From Podarcis muralis (taxonomy: Eukaryota): DNA of 64,000 nt. A program made the translations under genes and the position numbers. Shown in pieces: positions 25,251 to 37,408 of this stretch (within the stretch, counting starts at the first letter, position 1; each line of letters begins with the position of its first letter). The notes under the pieces are model-generated. The model was not told the origin of the DNA. It was given only the letters and a program-made list of their open reading frames with translations, and did not search any database. The DNA lies in assembly GCF_964188315.1 (NCBI RefSeq), contig NC_135655.1, positions 111,414,001 through 111,478,000 on the forward strand, in the 5' to 3' direction.

Positions 25251-26774
25251 TAGGCCACATCCCATCCATCCAGTCTAGAGAATGATCCACTAACAGCTAA
25301 TCAATGAGAGTAATTTCTTCACTATTCTCATGAAACTCCTCTGTATCCAGAAAACTTTGGGTAGGTTTTCACAAGTAAACTATCCAAGAGCAAAATAGCA
25401 CAGTTCTTAACTCATACAAACTTTAAATCAAAAGGTTAGAAAAGTGGCTATGAACTAGAAATGACCAGCCCTCAACAAGAAGGCCCAAGAACATGGTGGT
25501 TTCAAGAGGAGCAAAAACACTCAGAGATATGAAAGAGGCTTTCATTTCAGCAATTACACCGGAAAGAAAATTACTCTAGTTTGCTTTGGCCATGCAGGGG
25601 TTTGCAAATACCACAGCAATTGAGAAGATGATGATAGTGAAATATTTCCTTTGCATGACATCCTTATTTCATTTCACTTTTTATAGAGAAAATATTCACC
25701 TGGTTGAATTGCTGAGATGTGAGCAATATTGAGTATAGTTCTAAAGTTCTCCCACCCAGATGTATCCATTACCATTTGTACTCTGTCATCATAGCAATCT
25801 TCATTCAAAGGAGGGAACTGGATGTATAAATGTCAATAAATGAAAATGATGGGGTTTGAATTCTAACGTGGTTTCAGATGTGCTGGCAAATAATCTGATT
25901 GAAGTTCACAAAGTTTTTTTGCAGTATTAACTACTCCCTACTCCCCCCCCCCCCAGATGTTTTGGCATTGGGCAATGTACCAGCTGAAATTCTCTGGGGG
26001 AAATGCTATTAATTCAAATGTGAGTAGAATCCTCTAACCTCTTGTTCCTCTGTAGGTAGACAGGCCTACACTTGCAGAATCTGTTTGAGGACTGAATGCC
26101 TCCTTAATGGCCTTTTAATAGAATCTTACATGTTGCTGCTACATTCTTTATTGACAGCTTAATAGAATCTTGATGAATCAGAAATTAAATTTATTCATAA
26201 AGTCTAGGTCCATTTCATGTAGCTAATAAACTAATTAATACTGAAGCCAGGACAGGCAGGAATCCTACAGCGGGGGCAAAAAAATAATAATAATCTCAAT
26301 TGTCAAATATCAAACACTGTAACCTGAGGGTTTAACCTGAAGGTGACAAGCTTCCAAATGACACCATTATAACAATTCAATTAAAACCTGCGACAAAGTG
26401 AAAGACTTCCAATTTTATTTACTGACCAAAGGGAGAAGAGAAAACCCTAGCATGAATAGCCTCCCAAATGCCAGTGATTGGCAGCTAATTTGGCCAGAGG
26501 CCCAATCCTGAACAGGAGCGAGGCATCAAGTTCCTTTCTCACTCTCTTCATGCTCCCTTTTAATCACAGGAGCTGGGACTGAAAGCTTCAAACCTGCCCT
26601 CGGCCTGTGTTTGAATATGGGGAAGGGGGGAATCACTAGAAATATTTGCCCACTAAAAGCTCCAATTCCTGAAGCCAGCTCAAAGAATACCATTCTCCAA
26701 TGCCTCCTCAAATTCACCCACTGAGCAGGTTAGATCCATTATTCTGTGGTTTCATTCCCATAGGGACATTACAT

Positions 26775-26775
<1 letters not shown>

Positions 26776-26822
<47 letters not shown>

Positions 26823-27000
26823 CCCACTCATGTGACTGAGTTGCCCCAGCCACTTTGGGTGACTTCCAATATATATAAAAACATATATAGAAACACAATA
26901 AAACATTAAACATTGAAAAACTTCCCTATACAGGGCTGCCTTCAGATATCTTCTAAAGGTTGTATAGTTACTTAACTCCTTGGCTCAGGGGTCGCATAAC
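26776..27000 (-). mobile_element. L2-clade LINE 3' end with (AAT)n tail
   Basis: cagggctgccttcagatatcttctaaa shared with the other L2 3' ends. Confidence 0.75.
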
Positions 27001-27002
27001 TC

Positions 27003-27140
27003 CATACCCTCCAACACTTCTCCAATGAAAATAGGGACATCCTAAGAAAAAAAGGGGACATTCCAGGATCAAATCAGAAACTGGGACGGCTTCTGAAAAT
27101 CCAGGACTGTCCCTGGAAAATAGGGACACTTGAAGGGTCA
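27003..27140. mobile_element. Small hAT-like MITE
   Basis: cataccctccaac / ttgaagggtc termini; repeated aaatagggac/gggac subterminal motifs. Confidence 0.55.
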
Positions 27141-27159
27141 ACATTTCACCATCTGGAAA

Positions 27160-27280
27160 CTACTAAGCTCCTTCTTGTGGGTTTCCCATCGGCTTCTGGT
27201 TGACCACTGTGAGACCAGGATGTTAGACTGGGTGGGCCGTTGGCCTGATCCAACAGAGCTCTTGTTAGCTTCTTATTGTC
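27160..27280 (+). mobile_element. CR1 3' end fragment
   Basis: ctggttgaccactgtgagaccaggatgttagact...ggcctgatcca CR1 tail motif. Confidence 0.65.
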
Positions 27281-27293
27281 TCTTCGTAGACAA

Positions 27294-27545
27294 GAGAGCC
27301 AGTGTGGTGTAGTGGTTAAAAGTGGTGGACTCGTAATCTGGTGAACCGGGTTCGCGTCTCCGCTCTTCCACAGGCAGCTGCTGGGTGAACTTGGGCTAGT
27401 CACACTTCTCTGAAGTCTCTCAGCCTCACTCACCTCAAAGAGTGTTTGTTGTGGGGGAGGAAGGGAAAGGAGAATGTTAGCCGCTTTGAGACTCCTTCGG
27501 GTAGTGATAAAGTGGGATATCAAATCCAAACTCTTCTTCTTCTCT
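27294..27545 (+). mobile_element. Full-length Squam3-like SINE with 13-bp TSD
   Basis: TSD TCTTCGTAGACAA at 27281-27293 and 27546-27558. Confidence 0.92.
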
Positions 27546-27789
27546 TCTTCGTAGACAATAAGTCTCCCTGACACTGGGCTACAAGTTTTCAGCAAGCATT
27601 TTCTCCACTTGTTGTCATTGTTGTTGTCAGAGAACACTTAAAAGTTTCCTGTTTCTCATTTTGTCTGTGTTTCTTCTTTGATTAAGCTGCTACTTTTTAA
27701 TTGATCAATCCCTTCACTCTGGCAAATCCCCATCTTCTCTTCTTTCTCTGCCTTTTCTCTTTTGTCACGTCGGCCCTGTCAGTACTTTC

Positions 27790-28030
27790 CTGGTACTTTC
27801 CTACAAGGCTTGTTAAAAAGGAAGGTATAAAAGGCACCCAAAAGACAGTAAAGGTGGGGCCTGTTTAATGTGGTAATGGGAGGATGTTCCAAAGGGCCGA
27901 TTCCACCATACTAAAAGCCCGAGTCCTACATCGTATAGAGCGGACCGCCTGATGAGACGGCATTTGCACAAAGCTCTCTCTCCTCAGAGTGCGGTGATCA
28001 GTTGAGTACATAATGGGTGAGGTGAGGTGT
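27790..28030 (-). mobile_element. Old L2 3' fragment
   Basis: ggatgttccaaagggccgattccaccatactaaaagccc resembles antisense L2 3' region. Confidence 0.4.
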
Positions 28031-28479
28031 TATTTTCTCCATTTCCATATGTTTACTATATAGCAACCAGCCGCTGAGGCACTTTATAGAATAATAACAT
28101 ATTATTTGCATTATTAGAACTCAAACTTATTTTGTACCCTATCAGTTTCTACCTCAATAGAAATGCTGCTGATTATCATGCAGCACCTGAGAGCACGCTA
28201 AATGGACAAAATTTAGTGCATAATATAAAGTTGATGGGCCACAACGCTGAGCTACACAAACAATTTTATCCATAAGCAACATCTTTTTTTTAAAGAGCTT
28301 TTTCACACACTGTACATATTCTGCACCATTAACAAGAAGAGTCAAGGAAGCTGTTAGATACAAGGAGACTTCTTTTGGGTAAATGAAAGTCTTCCTCAAA
28401 TAAGGAGGGCAAAAAAAGAACACAAACTTTGGCAAAAGGAATGCAAGCAGATAATAAGGGATACAAAATAGAGAGAAAG

Positions 28480-29045
28480 GGGTTAGAGGAGCATGTCGGG
28501 GGGGAAATTAAGATCAAGAATAAAAATATCCCTCACCGAAGATTCCTGCGTAAGCTTAGCAGTCATAGGATAGGAGGGCAGGTACTTTTCTGGATGAATA
28601 GCTGGTTAAAGAACAAGAAACAAGAGTCAGAATAAATGGACAATTCTCAAAATGGAGTGGTTTAAGAAATGGATTCTGAAGGAACTGTATTAGGTCTTGG
28701 ACTTTTTTCACGTGTTTATAAATGATCCTAAGTTTGTCATAAATGAGATAGGGGTGAGCACTTAAGTGCAGGGTGACACAGAACATCATTAATCTGTGGG
28801 ATTTGCTACCCAAGGATTTAGTGATGGCTGCCAACTTGGATGGCTTTAAAAGAGGATGTGACAAGTTCGTGGAGGGTAAGGCTATCAATGACCACTAGAC
28901 ATGGTGGCTGTGTGCTACCTCCACTATCCGAGGCTGTATGTCTTTCTGAATACCAATTGCTGGGGTCTGAGCAGAGAACTGGTGTCTTCATGTCCCCCTT
29001 AGAGGTTTCCCATAGGATCTGGTAGACCTTTAATCTGATCTAGTT
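28480..29045 (+). mobile_element. CR1 LINE: RT remnant plus 3' end, internally deleted
   Basis: Translates PHRRFLRKLSSHRIGGQVLFWMNSWLKNKKQ (CR1 RT), followed by a CR1 3' UTR. Confidence 0.8.
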
Positions 29046-29708
29046 GAAACAGTACTGAAACTGTATTCTTTTACATTAGATATCAGTTCCACTGAGACCT
29101 TCTGAACCCAAGTTACTTCAGCTGACAGGAATAATGTGAGTTAATACAATCATTGCTCTTCTTCTCTCAATATTTGAGTGTGTGGCCATGCCGGAGCCTA
29201 ACATTTGTCATTTCCAGCAGCTTACAAACAGTGCAAATGTTTACCGCCATGTGTGGTGAATTAAAATGCAAATCCCCTTAGTACAAAATTGGAGCTGTGC
29301 GTCTAATCCACTGCACGCCAAGCTGAAAATTTGCCCCGGTTTACAAAATAAGATAGCAAAGAGTTGCTCTCTCTCAGACATCTGATTAATATTCTAGTTC
29401 CGACCTGATGTTGCCAAAGATATGAATTATTTCAGAATGATTTGGGTAGCCAAAGCTATGAGGAAAGGGGGAAAATGCTCCCGGGAATTTACATTTTGCT
29501 AGAAGATACATGATATACAACAACAGCATGGTTTTCAGGACTTTCTTTCTTTCTTTCTTTCTTTTGCACTGAAATTTGTAGCTCTTCTCCTTTGCTATTT
29601 CAATAACTCAACAAAGTTTAAGGAAAATAAAAACATCAAAAAACTCTGTTGGTTCAGCCCAGAGATGTCCCTAGTATTGGCCAGGTAAATGTCCTCAAAA
29701 TGTACATA

Positions 29709-29966
29709 CAGTGGTACCTTGGGTTACATAAGCTTCAGGTTACATACGCTTCAGGTTACATATGTTTCAGGTTACAGACTCCGCTAACCCAGAAATATTA
29801 CCTCAGGTTAAGAACTTTGCTTCAGGATGAGAACAGAAATTGTGCTCCGGCGGCGCGACAGCAGCAGGAGGCCCCATTAGCTAAAGTGGTGCTTCAGGTT
29901 AAGAACAGTTTCAGGTTAAGAACGGACCTCCGGAACGAATTAAGTACTTAACCCGAGGTACCACTG
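29709..29966. mobile_element. Tigger/pogo-like MITE
   Basis: TIR CAGTGGTACCTTGGGTTA / TAACCCGAGGTACCACTG; TA TSD; internal (gcttcaggttacata)n. Confidence 0.9.
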
Positions 29967-29997
29967 TATAAGGCACGCTGCATCTGGTACGCCAAGG

Positions 29998-30134
29998 AAG
30001 TGCTATTTTTCTCGGAAAATAGGTGCCGGAACTCACCATGACCACCTCCCTAGTTTTCTTAGAATGGAATGACATTCACCTGAAAGTTGCCAGAACTGTT
30101 TCGGCATGTTCCAACTTGGTGGGGGGAAGCCCTG
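29998..30134. mobile_element. hAT-type MITE
   Basis: agtgctattttt...aagccctg termini; 8-bp TSD CGCCAAGG/CTCCAAGG (7/8). Confidence 0.7.
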
Positions 30135-30278
30135 CTCCAAGGTATCTTAGCTCTGAATCGTATATGGAGCTCTTGTGGCAAAAAGATACTGACAAGAGGA
30201 ACCAACAACATTTTGAGGAGAACCTCACCAAATGCTGGAAAGGGTGCACCCCCACAGCCACATACCTTCACATGGATT

Positions 30279-30436
30279 CAGTGGCGTAGCGTGGGGGGTG
30301 CAGGGGGGGGCGGCCGCACCGGGCGCAACATCTGGGGTTAGGGCAAATCCATGGGTTAGGGGGCGCAAATCCACGGGTTAGGGGGCGCAAATTACTTGCC
30401 TTGCCCCGGGTGCTGACAACCCAAGCTACGCCACTG
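30279..30436 (+). mobile_element. Young hAT-type MITE, 158 bp
   Basis: TIR CAGTGGCGTAGC; perfect 8-bp TSD CATGGATT. Confidence 0.92.
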
Positions 30437-30992
30437 CATGGATTACATTTGGCCTTGAGGCCACAAATAATGTTTAAAATAGCCTTGAACAACACAGTTT
30501 CCAAACTTGGGGATCTTTAAAAAAAAGAAGAAGAAGAAGAAAGAGAGGCAAAATGGCAGGTCTCAAAAATACAGGCATTGTCAGCACCTGTGAACACTGG
30601 TATTGAATTAAAGGCGATGCTTTGCTCATAAAGCATCCCAACATAGCAGACATCCTGCAAGAGTCTTCTGTAAGTCAAAGAGAGTTATTTCATTCATGGC
30701 TGGGAATTCTGATGGGACTCGCCTTACAGGACGTGGTAGAGCTAATCCCCGTCCACTTCAAGTCATAAATCTTAGATTTCTAGCTCTCTTTTTTCCACAC
30801 TTCTATTTTACTGCAGGAAAAGTGTGTTTTGGGGCAGTTGGGGAACACCAACACAATGCTACAAAGGCATCAATCTGCCAGCAGCTTTCTGCAGACTAAG
30901 CTTTGACACGATCTTTTTCAAGCCAACAGGGTTACTTTGAAGTAAAGGGCTCACAGGATGCAATCAAAGACTTGCACAATAAAACACAACTA

Positions 30993-31218
30993 CAGTGGTA
31001 CCTTGGGTTACAGACGCTTCAGGTCACAGACTCCGCTAACCCAGAAATAGTACCTTGGGTTAAGAACTTCGCTTCAGGATGAGAACGGAAATCACGTGGT
31101 GGCGGCGCGACAGCAGCGGGAGGACCCATTAACTAAAGTGGTACCTCGGGTGAAGAACAGTTTCAGGTTAAGAACAGACCTCCGGAATGAATTAAGTTCT
31201 TAACCCGAGGTACCACTG
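30993..31218. mobile_element. Tigger/pogo-like MITE (same family as 29709)
   Basis: Same TIR and body; TA TSD. Confidence 0.9.
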
Positions 31219-32452
31219 TACCTTTAAAGAAGTCGGGCACCTCCTTCAACCTTCTTTCCTATCACATATACTTTTTTCATCAACATAAGAAACACTCAAC
31301 ACCTATGAGGGCTTCTCTTAGTCCATCTGCTGAAAAGAAGTGGGATCACATCCCACTTCAATCAATGAGAGGGACCTACCTTAGTTATGTTCAATACAAA
31401 TGATGGCTGTATCCTTCCAAATAGTCTCCTTGAGTTGGGAGCTGGAAGCCCTGTGTTTTACTTATTCCCTTTACACTTTCTGTTCATCTGATAAGCTCTT
31501 TGACAGGCGTGAAACCCCTCAAAAAATGGCAGCTTCACCATTTTCTGGTGCGATGATGGGGTTGATGAACTGCAACTCCCACCATCCCTAACCAGTGGTC
31601 CTGCGGGCTGATGGGAGTTGCAGTCCAATAATACCTGGAAGAAATTGCCAACGTCTAAACATGGCTCAAAAGATAACTCTGCCTTCTGATTTAATGCATC
31701 TATAAATAGGAATGTACATTTAAAATGTTTTTCTCCACCTCCACCAAAAACACATTTTATCCAAGATCCCTTGGCAATCTTATCTCCAGATAGTTTTAAT
31801 GCTGACTTTTCATGTACAGTTGTAAAAAAGTTATGGCGATTTAGGCAGTATTATCACTAAAGTATTTCCCCCCCATTGCACATTGTTTCCAGAAACAATT
31901 ATATATGTAGGATTTCCTCTGATTATATCAAGATAACTTCCTACTGCTTTATTTTCCATGAAATCCTGATAAGACTTGACTTTTCAAGTAGGGCAGCAAG
32001 TCATGCATCGAATACTAATCTTTTTTTTTACTAGCTTCTGTAAAGAGCTCGTCTCCCTTTGTAAGAGCAAATATTTGTTTCCAACTGTGTGACTGTGGAA
32101 GAGTCTGGAAAATATATAGAAATGAATTAATAACGTTTGACAAATTCTCATACTTTGTTTCCGATTTGATAAAAGTCACATCAACACCATACATTTAAAG
32201 CAGTTTTAAAGTGTATGGCTCCACCCATTAGAATGCCAGGAACTACAATTTATCCCTTACAGAGCTACAAGTCATGTGCTTTAAGCATGCTTTAAATGTA
32301 TGGCAAAACTGATGATAAAACTTGAAATATTACAATTTTTCCTCCATTTTTGATTTATTTTTGTTGATAAATTACCATGAGTGTATCTTTCGTCATATTC
32401 ATTTCTTATACCTTGTGAAATAAATTAAATTTCTGATAAGTAGACAGTGGGT

Positions 32453-32700
32453 TGAACATAAAGAAAAAGGTGGAGCCTTGATGGATCAGACCAAAGACTC
32501 ATCCAGTACAGTGTTCTGTTCCTACACAGGCCAATCACAGATGCCAATAGGAAGACCATAAGCACAAAATAAGGGCAATGGAACTGTTCCACCCGCAATC
32601 TCATGCAACTGATACTGAGATACATACTGAATGCAATCTATAGACCTCTTAACTAGTAGCTGCTGATAACCTTATGCTCCTCTCAGCTATGGAAGAAGTC
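32453..32700 (-). mobile_element. CR1 3' end
   Basis: aacataaag...ggatcagaccaaagactcatccagtacag is the antisense CR1 tail. Confidence 0.65.
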
Positions 32701-33496
32701 TTCTACTCATAGAAGGTGTCTGTCCATTGCCTACTTCTTTTTTAAAATGAGAATTTTCAGATTCAGGTCTGTTAGACAATTACACACTCTGTTCTGGAAG
32801 CCCTTGACCCTAGTCCCAGATTTGTATAGGCTGATCTATGTTTTCATTCGTATGGCAAGCTTTCTTGCTCTTTGACCATATAACTCCATCACACAGTGAA
32901 TTTTACAGCGCACAAGGGGCAGGATTCACACAGCACATTCCACTGACCAATATAGCTGAGGCACAGGACGGTTGCCACAGAGATACTTAAACGACGCTAC
33001 ACTCCGTTTCTACGATTCAGTGAAATATGGTTGTTCCTGCTTAAGTACTCATAAAAATAAAGGACTTCTAGCATAAATCTCAGCACATTAAACAGCAATA
33101 AATGTTACAAGTTAGAGACGAGGAAAATTATAGATTTATTCAGGGTTTCTCCACATTTCTGCTTGCCCCTTGCTGAGAAAGCATGGTTCTGAATGCTTTT
33201 CTGCTTAAACCATGCTTTTTCGGTGTGGGTCCAAGCAGCTTTCTCCTTGCCCCACCCCTTTCCCAAGGAAAACCCACTTGCAGCAAATGCCAATCCGGAG
33301 ATTGAATTGCTGTTTGCTCTGATTAAGCACTAAAGAGAAGTTTTCCCCAGGAACTCTACCACTGACCTACTACCTTCCTATATGTTAGTGGTGGATTGTA
33401 AGAATCAGATTACTGAAGTCCCAAACCCCATCTGCTATTCCACCCAACAGATAACATAGCAATTTCAACTCTATCTGTTCCACTGCTCAAGGGGGA

Positions 33497-33722
33497 AAAG
33501 GTAAAAAGGTAAAGGACCCCTGGATGGTTAAGTCCAGACTATGGGGTTGCAGCACTCCTCTCACTTTCAGACCAAGGGAGCCGGTATTTGTCCATAGACA
33601 GCTTTCCGGGTTGTGTGGCCAGCATGACTAAACTGCTTCTGGTGCAATGGAACACTGTGATGGAAACCAGAGCGCATAGAAATGCTGTTTACCTTCCCGT
33701 TGCAGTGGTACCTATTTATCTA
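33497..33722 (-). mobile_element. Sauria/Squam1 SINE, 3' half (split by DNA transposon)
   Basis: aaaggtaaaggacccc...gtacctatttatcTA; continues at 35610 TActtgca as in the intact copy at 37713. Confidence 0.85.
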
Positions 33723-34084
33723 CCGTATTTTTCGCACCATAGGACGCACTTTTTCCCTCCTAAAAAGCAAGGGAAAATGTGTGTGCGTCCTATGGAGCGA
33801 ATGCAGGGGGGAGGCAGGCGGGAAAAGCCCTCAAGAGCCGCACACAAGCTCCGTGCGCTCTTGCGGGCTTTTCTCCAGGAGGGAGAAGGGACTGACTGGC
33901 TGCAGCAGTCCCTTCTCCCTCCTGGGGGAAAAGCCCCCAAGAGCGGCGCCCTCTTTAAAGGCTGTGCAGCTCCTGCAGGCTTTTCTACGAGGTGGGGGAA
34001 TCCCCCCACCTCCCAGAAAAGCCAGGAGAAGCCGCACAGCCCCTTTAAAGAGCGTGCGGCTTCTGCGGGAGGTGGGGGAAGCTG

Positions 34085-34880
34085 CAGCAGATTCCCTCCT
34101 CCCGGGTTCCCTTTGAAGCGGCAATGTGGGAGGGGAGCAGCTTACACTCGTGTAAACAGCTCCTCTCCCACTTTCCTCCTTCAAAGCAACCACGGAGGAG
34201 GGAAGGAAGGGGACCATGGATCCTCCGCTGCTCCAGGCTTCAGCGGATTCCCCCCTCCGTGATTGCTTTGAAGCAGGAAAGTGGGAGGGGGGCAGCTTAC
34301 ACTCGTGTAAGCAGCTCCTCTCCCACTTTCCTCCTTCAAAGCAACTACGGAGGAGGGAAGGAAGAGGACCATGGATCCTCCGCTGCTGGAGGCTTCAGCA
34401 GATTCCCCCCTCCGTGATTGCTTTGAAGCAGGAAAGTGGGAGGGGGGCAGCTTACACTCGTGTAAGCAGCTCCTCTCCCACTTTCCTCCTTCAAAGCAAC
34501 TACGGAGGAGGGAAGGAAGAGGACCATGGATCCTCCGCTGCTGGAAGCTTCAGCAGATTCCCCCCTCCGTGATTGCTTTGAAGCAGGAAAGTGGGAGGGG
34601 GGCAGCTTACACTCGTGTAAACAGCTCCTCTCCCACTTTCCTCCTTCAAAGCAACTACGGAGGAGGGAAGGAAGGGGACCATGGATCCTCCGCTGCTCCA
34701 GGCTTCAGCGGATTCCCCCCTCCGTGATTGCTTTGAAGCAGGAAAGTGGGAGGGGGGCAGCTTACACTCGTGTAAGCAGCTCCTCTCCCACTTTCCTCCT
34801 TCAAAGCAACTACGGAGGAGGGAAGGAAGGGGACCATGGATCCTCCGCTGCTGGAGGCTTCAGCGGATTTCCCCCCCCCC
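34085..34880. repeat. Tandem array of five ~155-bp units, each with a 49-nt-arm inverted repeat
   Basis: cagc(a/g)gatt unit starts at 34085, 34241, 34396, 34551, 34706, 34861. Confidence 0.95.
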
Positions 34881-35019
34881 AGCTTAAGTGGGGTGGGGGA
34901 AGTGTGGCAGGTAGGGGGGTACCTACCTAGACAGTGAAGCCACATGTCTCTCCAATGAAAATTGGGAGTGGGCATTGTGTGAAGTGGCTGTGGATCTCCT
35001 GCCGCAGAACTGTAGGACT

Positions 35020-35220
35020 GTATAGAGTTGGGAGGGCCACCCGAGGGTCATCTAGCCCAGCCCCCTCACAATGTAGGAATCACAGCTAAAGAACGCCAGG
35101 CAGATGGTCCCCCAACCGCTGCTTAAAAGCCTCCAGTGGTGGAGACCCCAAACACCTTCCGAGGTCATAGAATTGCAGGGTTGGAAGGGAACCCCAGGAG
35201 TCATCTAGTCCAGCCCCGGT
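35020..35220 (-). mobile_element. Two CR1 3'-end fragments inside the DNA transposon
   Basis: atagagttgggagggccacccgagggtcatctagcccagcccc and catagaattgcagggttggaagggaaccccaggagtcatctagtccagcccc. Confidence 0.65.
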
Positions 35221-35609
35221 GGACAGCATGCGCAATCCATCCCGTTGCGCAAGACTAAAGATGCTGCACAAGGCTAAAGAAGAAGCCAAGGCAGCGAGTG
35301 GGATGGATCGCGCTTGCTGCCTTGTCTTCTTCTTTAGCTGCACTGGAGAGGTTTAGCTCCTGGCTGGAGAGGTTGTGCGGCTATGGACCCCGCGCGCTGT
35401 CTTGGCTTCTTTGCTCTTTGGGGCTGGGGGGGGGAACCTGGGCTTCCCCCGCAGCCCCGAGAAGGTCTGGGAGAAGTGGACAGGCTGCGTGCAGCCTGTC
35501 CGTTGCTCTTTGGGGCTGGGGGGGGAATAATATTTTTTCCCTTGATTTCCCCCTCTAAAAACTAGGTGCGTCCTGTGGTCCGGTGCGTCCAATAGAGCGA
35601 AAAATACGG

Positions 35610-35762
35610 TACTTGCATTGGTATGTTTTTGAACTGCTAGGTTGGCAGGAACGGGGACAGAGCAACAGGAGCTCACCCTGTCATGGGGATTCAAACCGCC
35701 GACCTTCTGATCGGCAAGCCCAAGAGGCTCAGTGGTTTAGACCACAGCACCACCTGTGTCCC
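35610..35762 (-). mobile_element. Sauria/Squam1 SINE, 5' half
   Basis: tRNA-like head on minus (gggacacaggtggtgctgtggtctaaaccac). Confidence 0.85.
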
Positions 35763-37169
35763 ATTGCATCCTGCTCTTCTCCAGCAAACAATGATCCCTG
35801 CAAGACCGTACCTGCCAGCATTCCACACCCTTGGGCAGTAAATCTAAAACAATATGCAGCATCCTAATAGCCTTCATAAGTAGAAATTACATAACTAGAA
35901 ATTACATAACTTCCCATCTAATCATGCTGCCTCCTAAGGCCAATCTTAGCCATCTGTGTGTCCTGGGCAGAAGTTCAGGTCTGCACTCCCATCTCAAATC
36001 CACCATCCCACACATTGATTGCATACAGTATTCTAAGCAATCCACATTCTATTTATGAACCAGAAAGTTGCTGCTAGGAAGATGAAGCACAGCCTCATAT
36101 GATATGAAGTTTAGAGAGGAGCCAAGAAGATGAAATTGCAGCACTCACTAGAGGCCCAGAAACATGGTCTTCAAGTTTCTATCTTGCCAAATAAGACAGT
36201 GTGGCAACACATAATTTGGGTTCCATTTATAAGAAAAATAGGATAGGGCCCCTGAAGCACAATTCTTTCATTTGCATGTTTGGTGATGGGAATCATGGAC
36301 AAAAGATTGTGTCTTTTTCTTTCCTTTTAGAGTACTGTGAAGCTACCTGAAGTGTAAAAGTATAATTTAAACACCCCTTTGCTTCCTCTTCCCTACAAGG
36401 GGGGAAAAAAACCTCCTGCAAGATACAAGCTCTTATTTGAAAGCTTTCCAACTTTAAATTCCACCGGCTCATGATACTATGTCTTCCGACTGTTGAATTG
36501 CAAAGCTCACAGAGTTCAGTGGGAAATATATAGTCACACATCACTGAGTCGTCTGTCCCCCCCCCCCCCAAAAAAAAGATCAAATATATTATAACTCATA
36601 TAGAGGAACAACTTTCTGCTACATTATGATGAAAGCAGGGAAAATTTACACAAACATCAATGGATTTGCAAATTCTTGTGCCAAAAGATAATACATTACA
36701 AACACACACACACAAAGTGCAAGGAGCTAATTCTCTTCCCAGTTAATCAACACAAAGGGTGGGATCCAGTTAGTTCTCTTGGAGTTAGAGAAGGGCCTTA
36801 GAGCCAGTGGAGGTGTCTAAAGTGGGCCTGTCCATACTTTTCACTTGACCTGTATTTTTCTTGGCTTGTGTGCTGCTTAATCCCCCCACATCCGAGAGCT
36901 CTTTACACTGCTCTGCTTTTGTGCCATTGGTTTCTTGTGAAAATCTGATATTGCCAGATGTGTGGTGACTCCTGGTATCTTGTGGTTCCCTCTAGTGTCT
37001 GGTGACTCCCTCATTGTGAGAGGTGAAGTTACAGGAAACCAGGCAAAGTGCCTTTTCGGTAGTTGCACCCGCCCTAGAGATCTGCAGGCAGAGGCAGTCT
37101 CCTCCCACCTCCTTGCTTTTCTTCCATGCTTCTCCACTCTTACTTACCATCCCAGGCCTCCCAGCTGAG

Positions 37170-37408
37170 GTCACATTGTTCTTTCTTTTATCAGATCAAA
37201 ATGCTCAGACAATAGCAAAGGTTGCTAGGTTTATTGAAGGTGCAATGAGATCAAGGGCCACTATCTGAGTGATAATCTTGGCCATTTGATTGCCCTTTTT
37301 ACCCATTGCTGTCTTTTTTATTTGTATATATTTTATTTGTATATATTGCTTGTTTTATGTTGCTATGGCCATTGGCTAATGCGAATAAAGTTTATCTTAT
37401 CTTATCTT
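37170..37408 (+). mobile_element. Non-LTR retrotransposon 3' end (Rex/L2-like) with (TATCT)n tail
   Basis: ORF end FLLSDQNAQTIAKVARFIEGAMRSRATI*, then UTR, aataaag and ttatcttatcttatct. Confidence 0.5.

Larger units (their letters stand above)
33723..35609. mobile_element. Non-autonomous Tc1/mariner-superfamily (pogo/Tc2-like) element, 1887 bp
   Basis: TIR CCGTATTTTTCGC / GCGAAAAATACGG; duplicated TA inside the SINE; no transposase ORF. Confidence 0.88.

Noticed and set aside
34085-34880. CRISPR-like regular repeat array
   Set aside because: Units are repeated end to end with no unique spacers; vertebrate context, no cas genes
33588-34975. Many overlapping 60-224 aa ORFs
   Set aside because: Products of a GC-rich palindromic tandem array in a non-autonomous transposon; no transposase motifs
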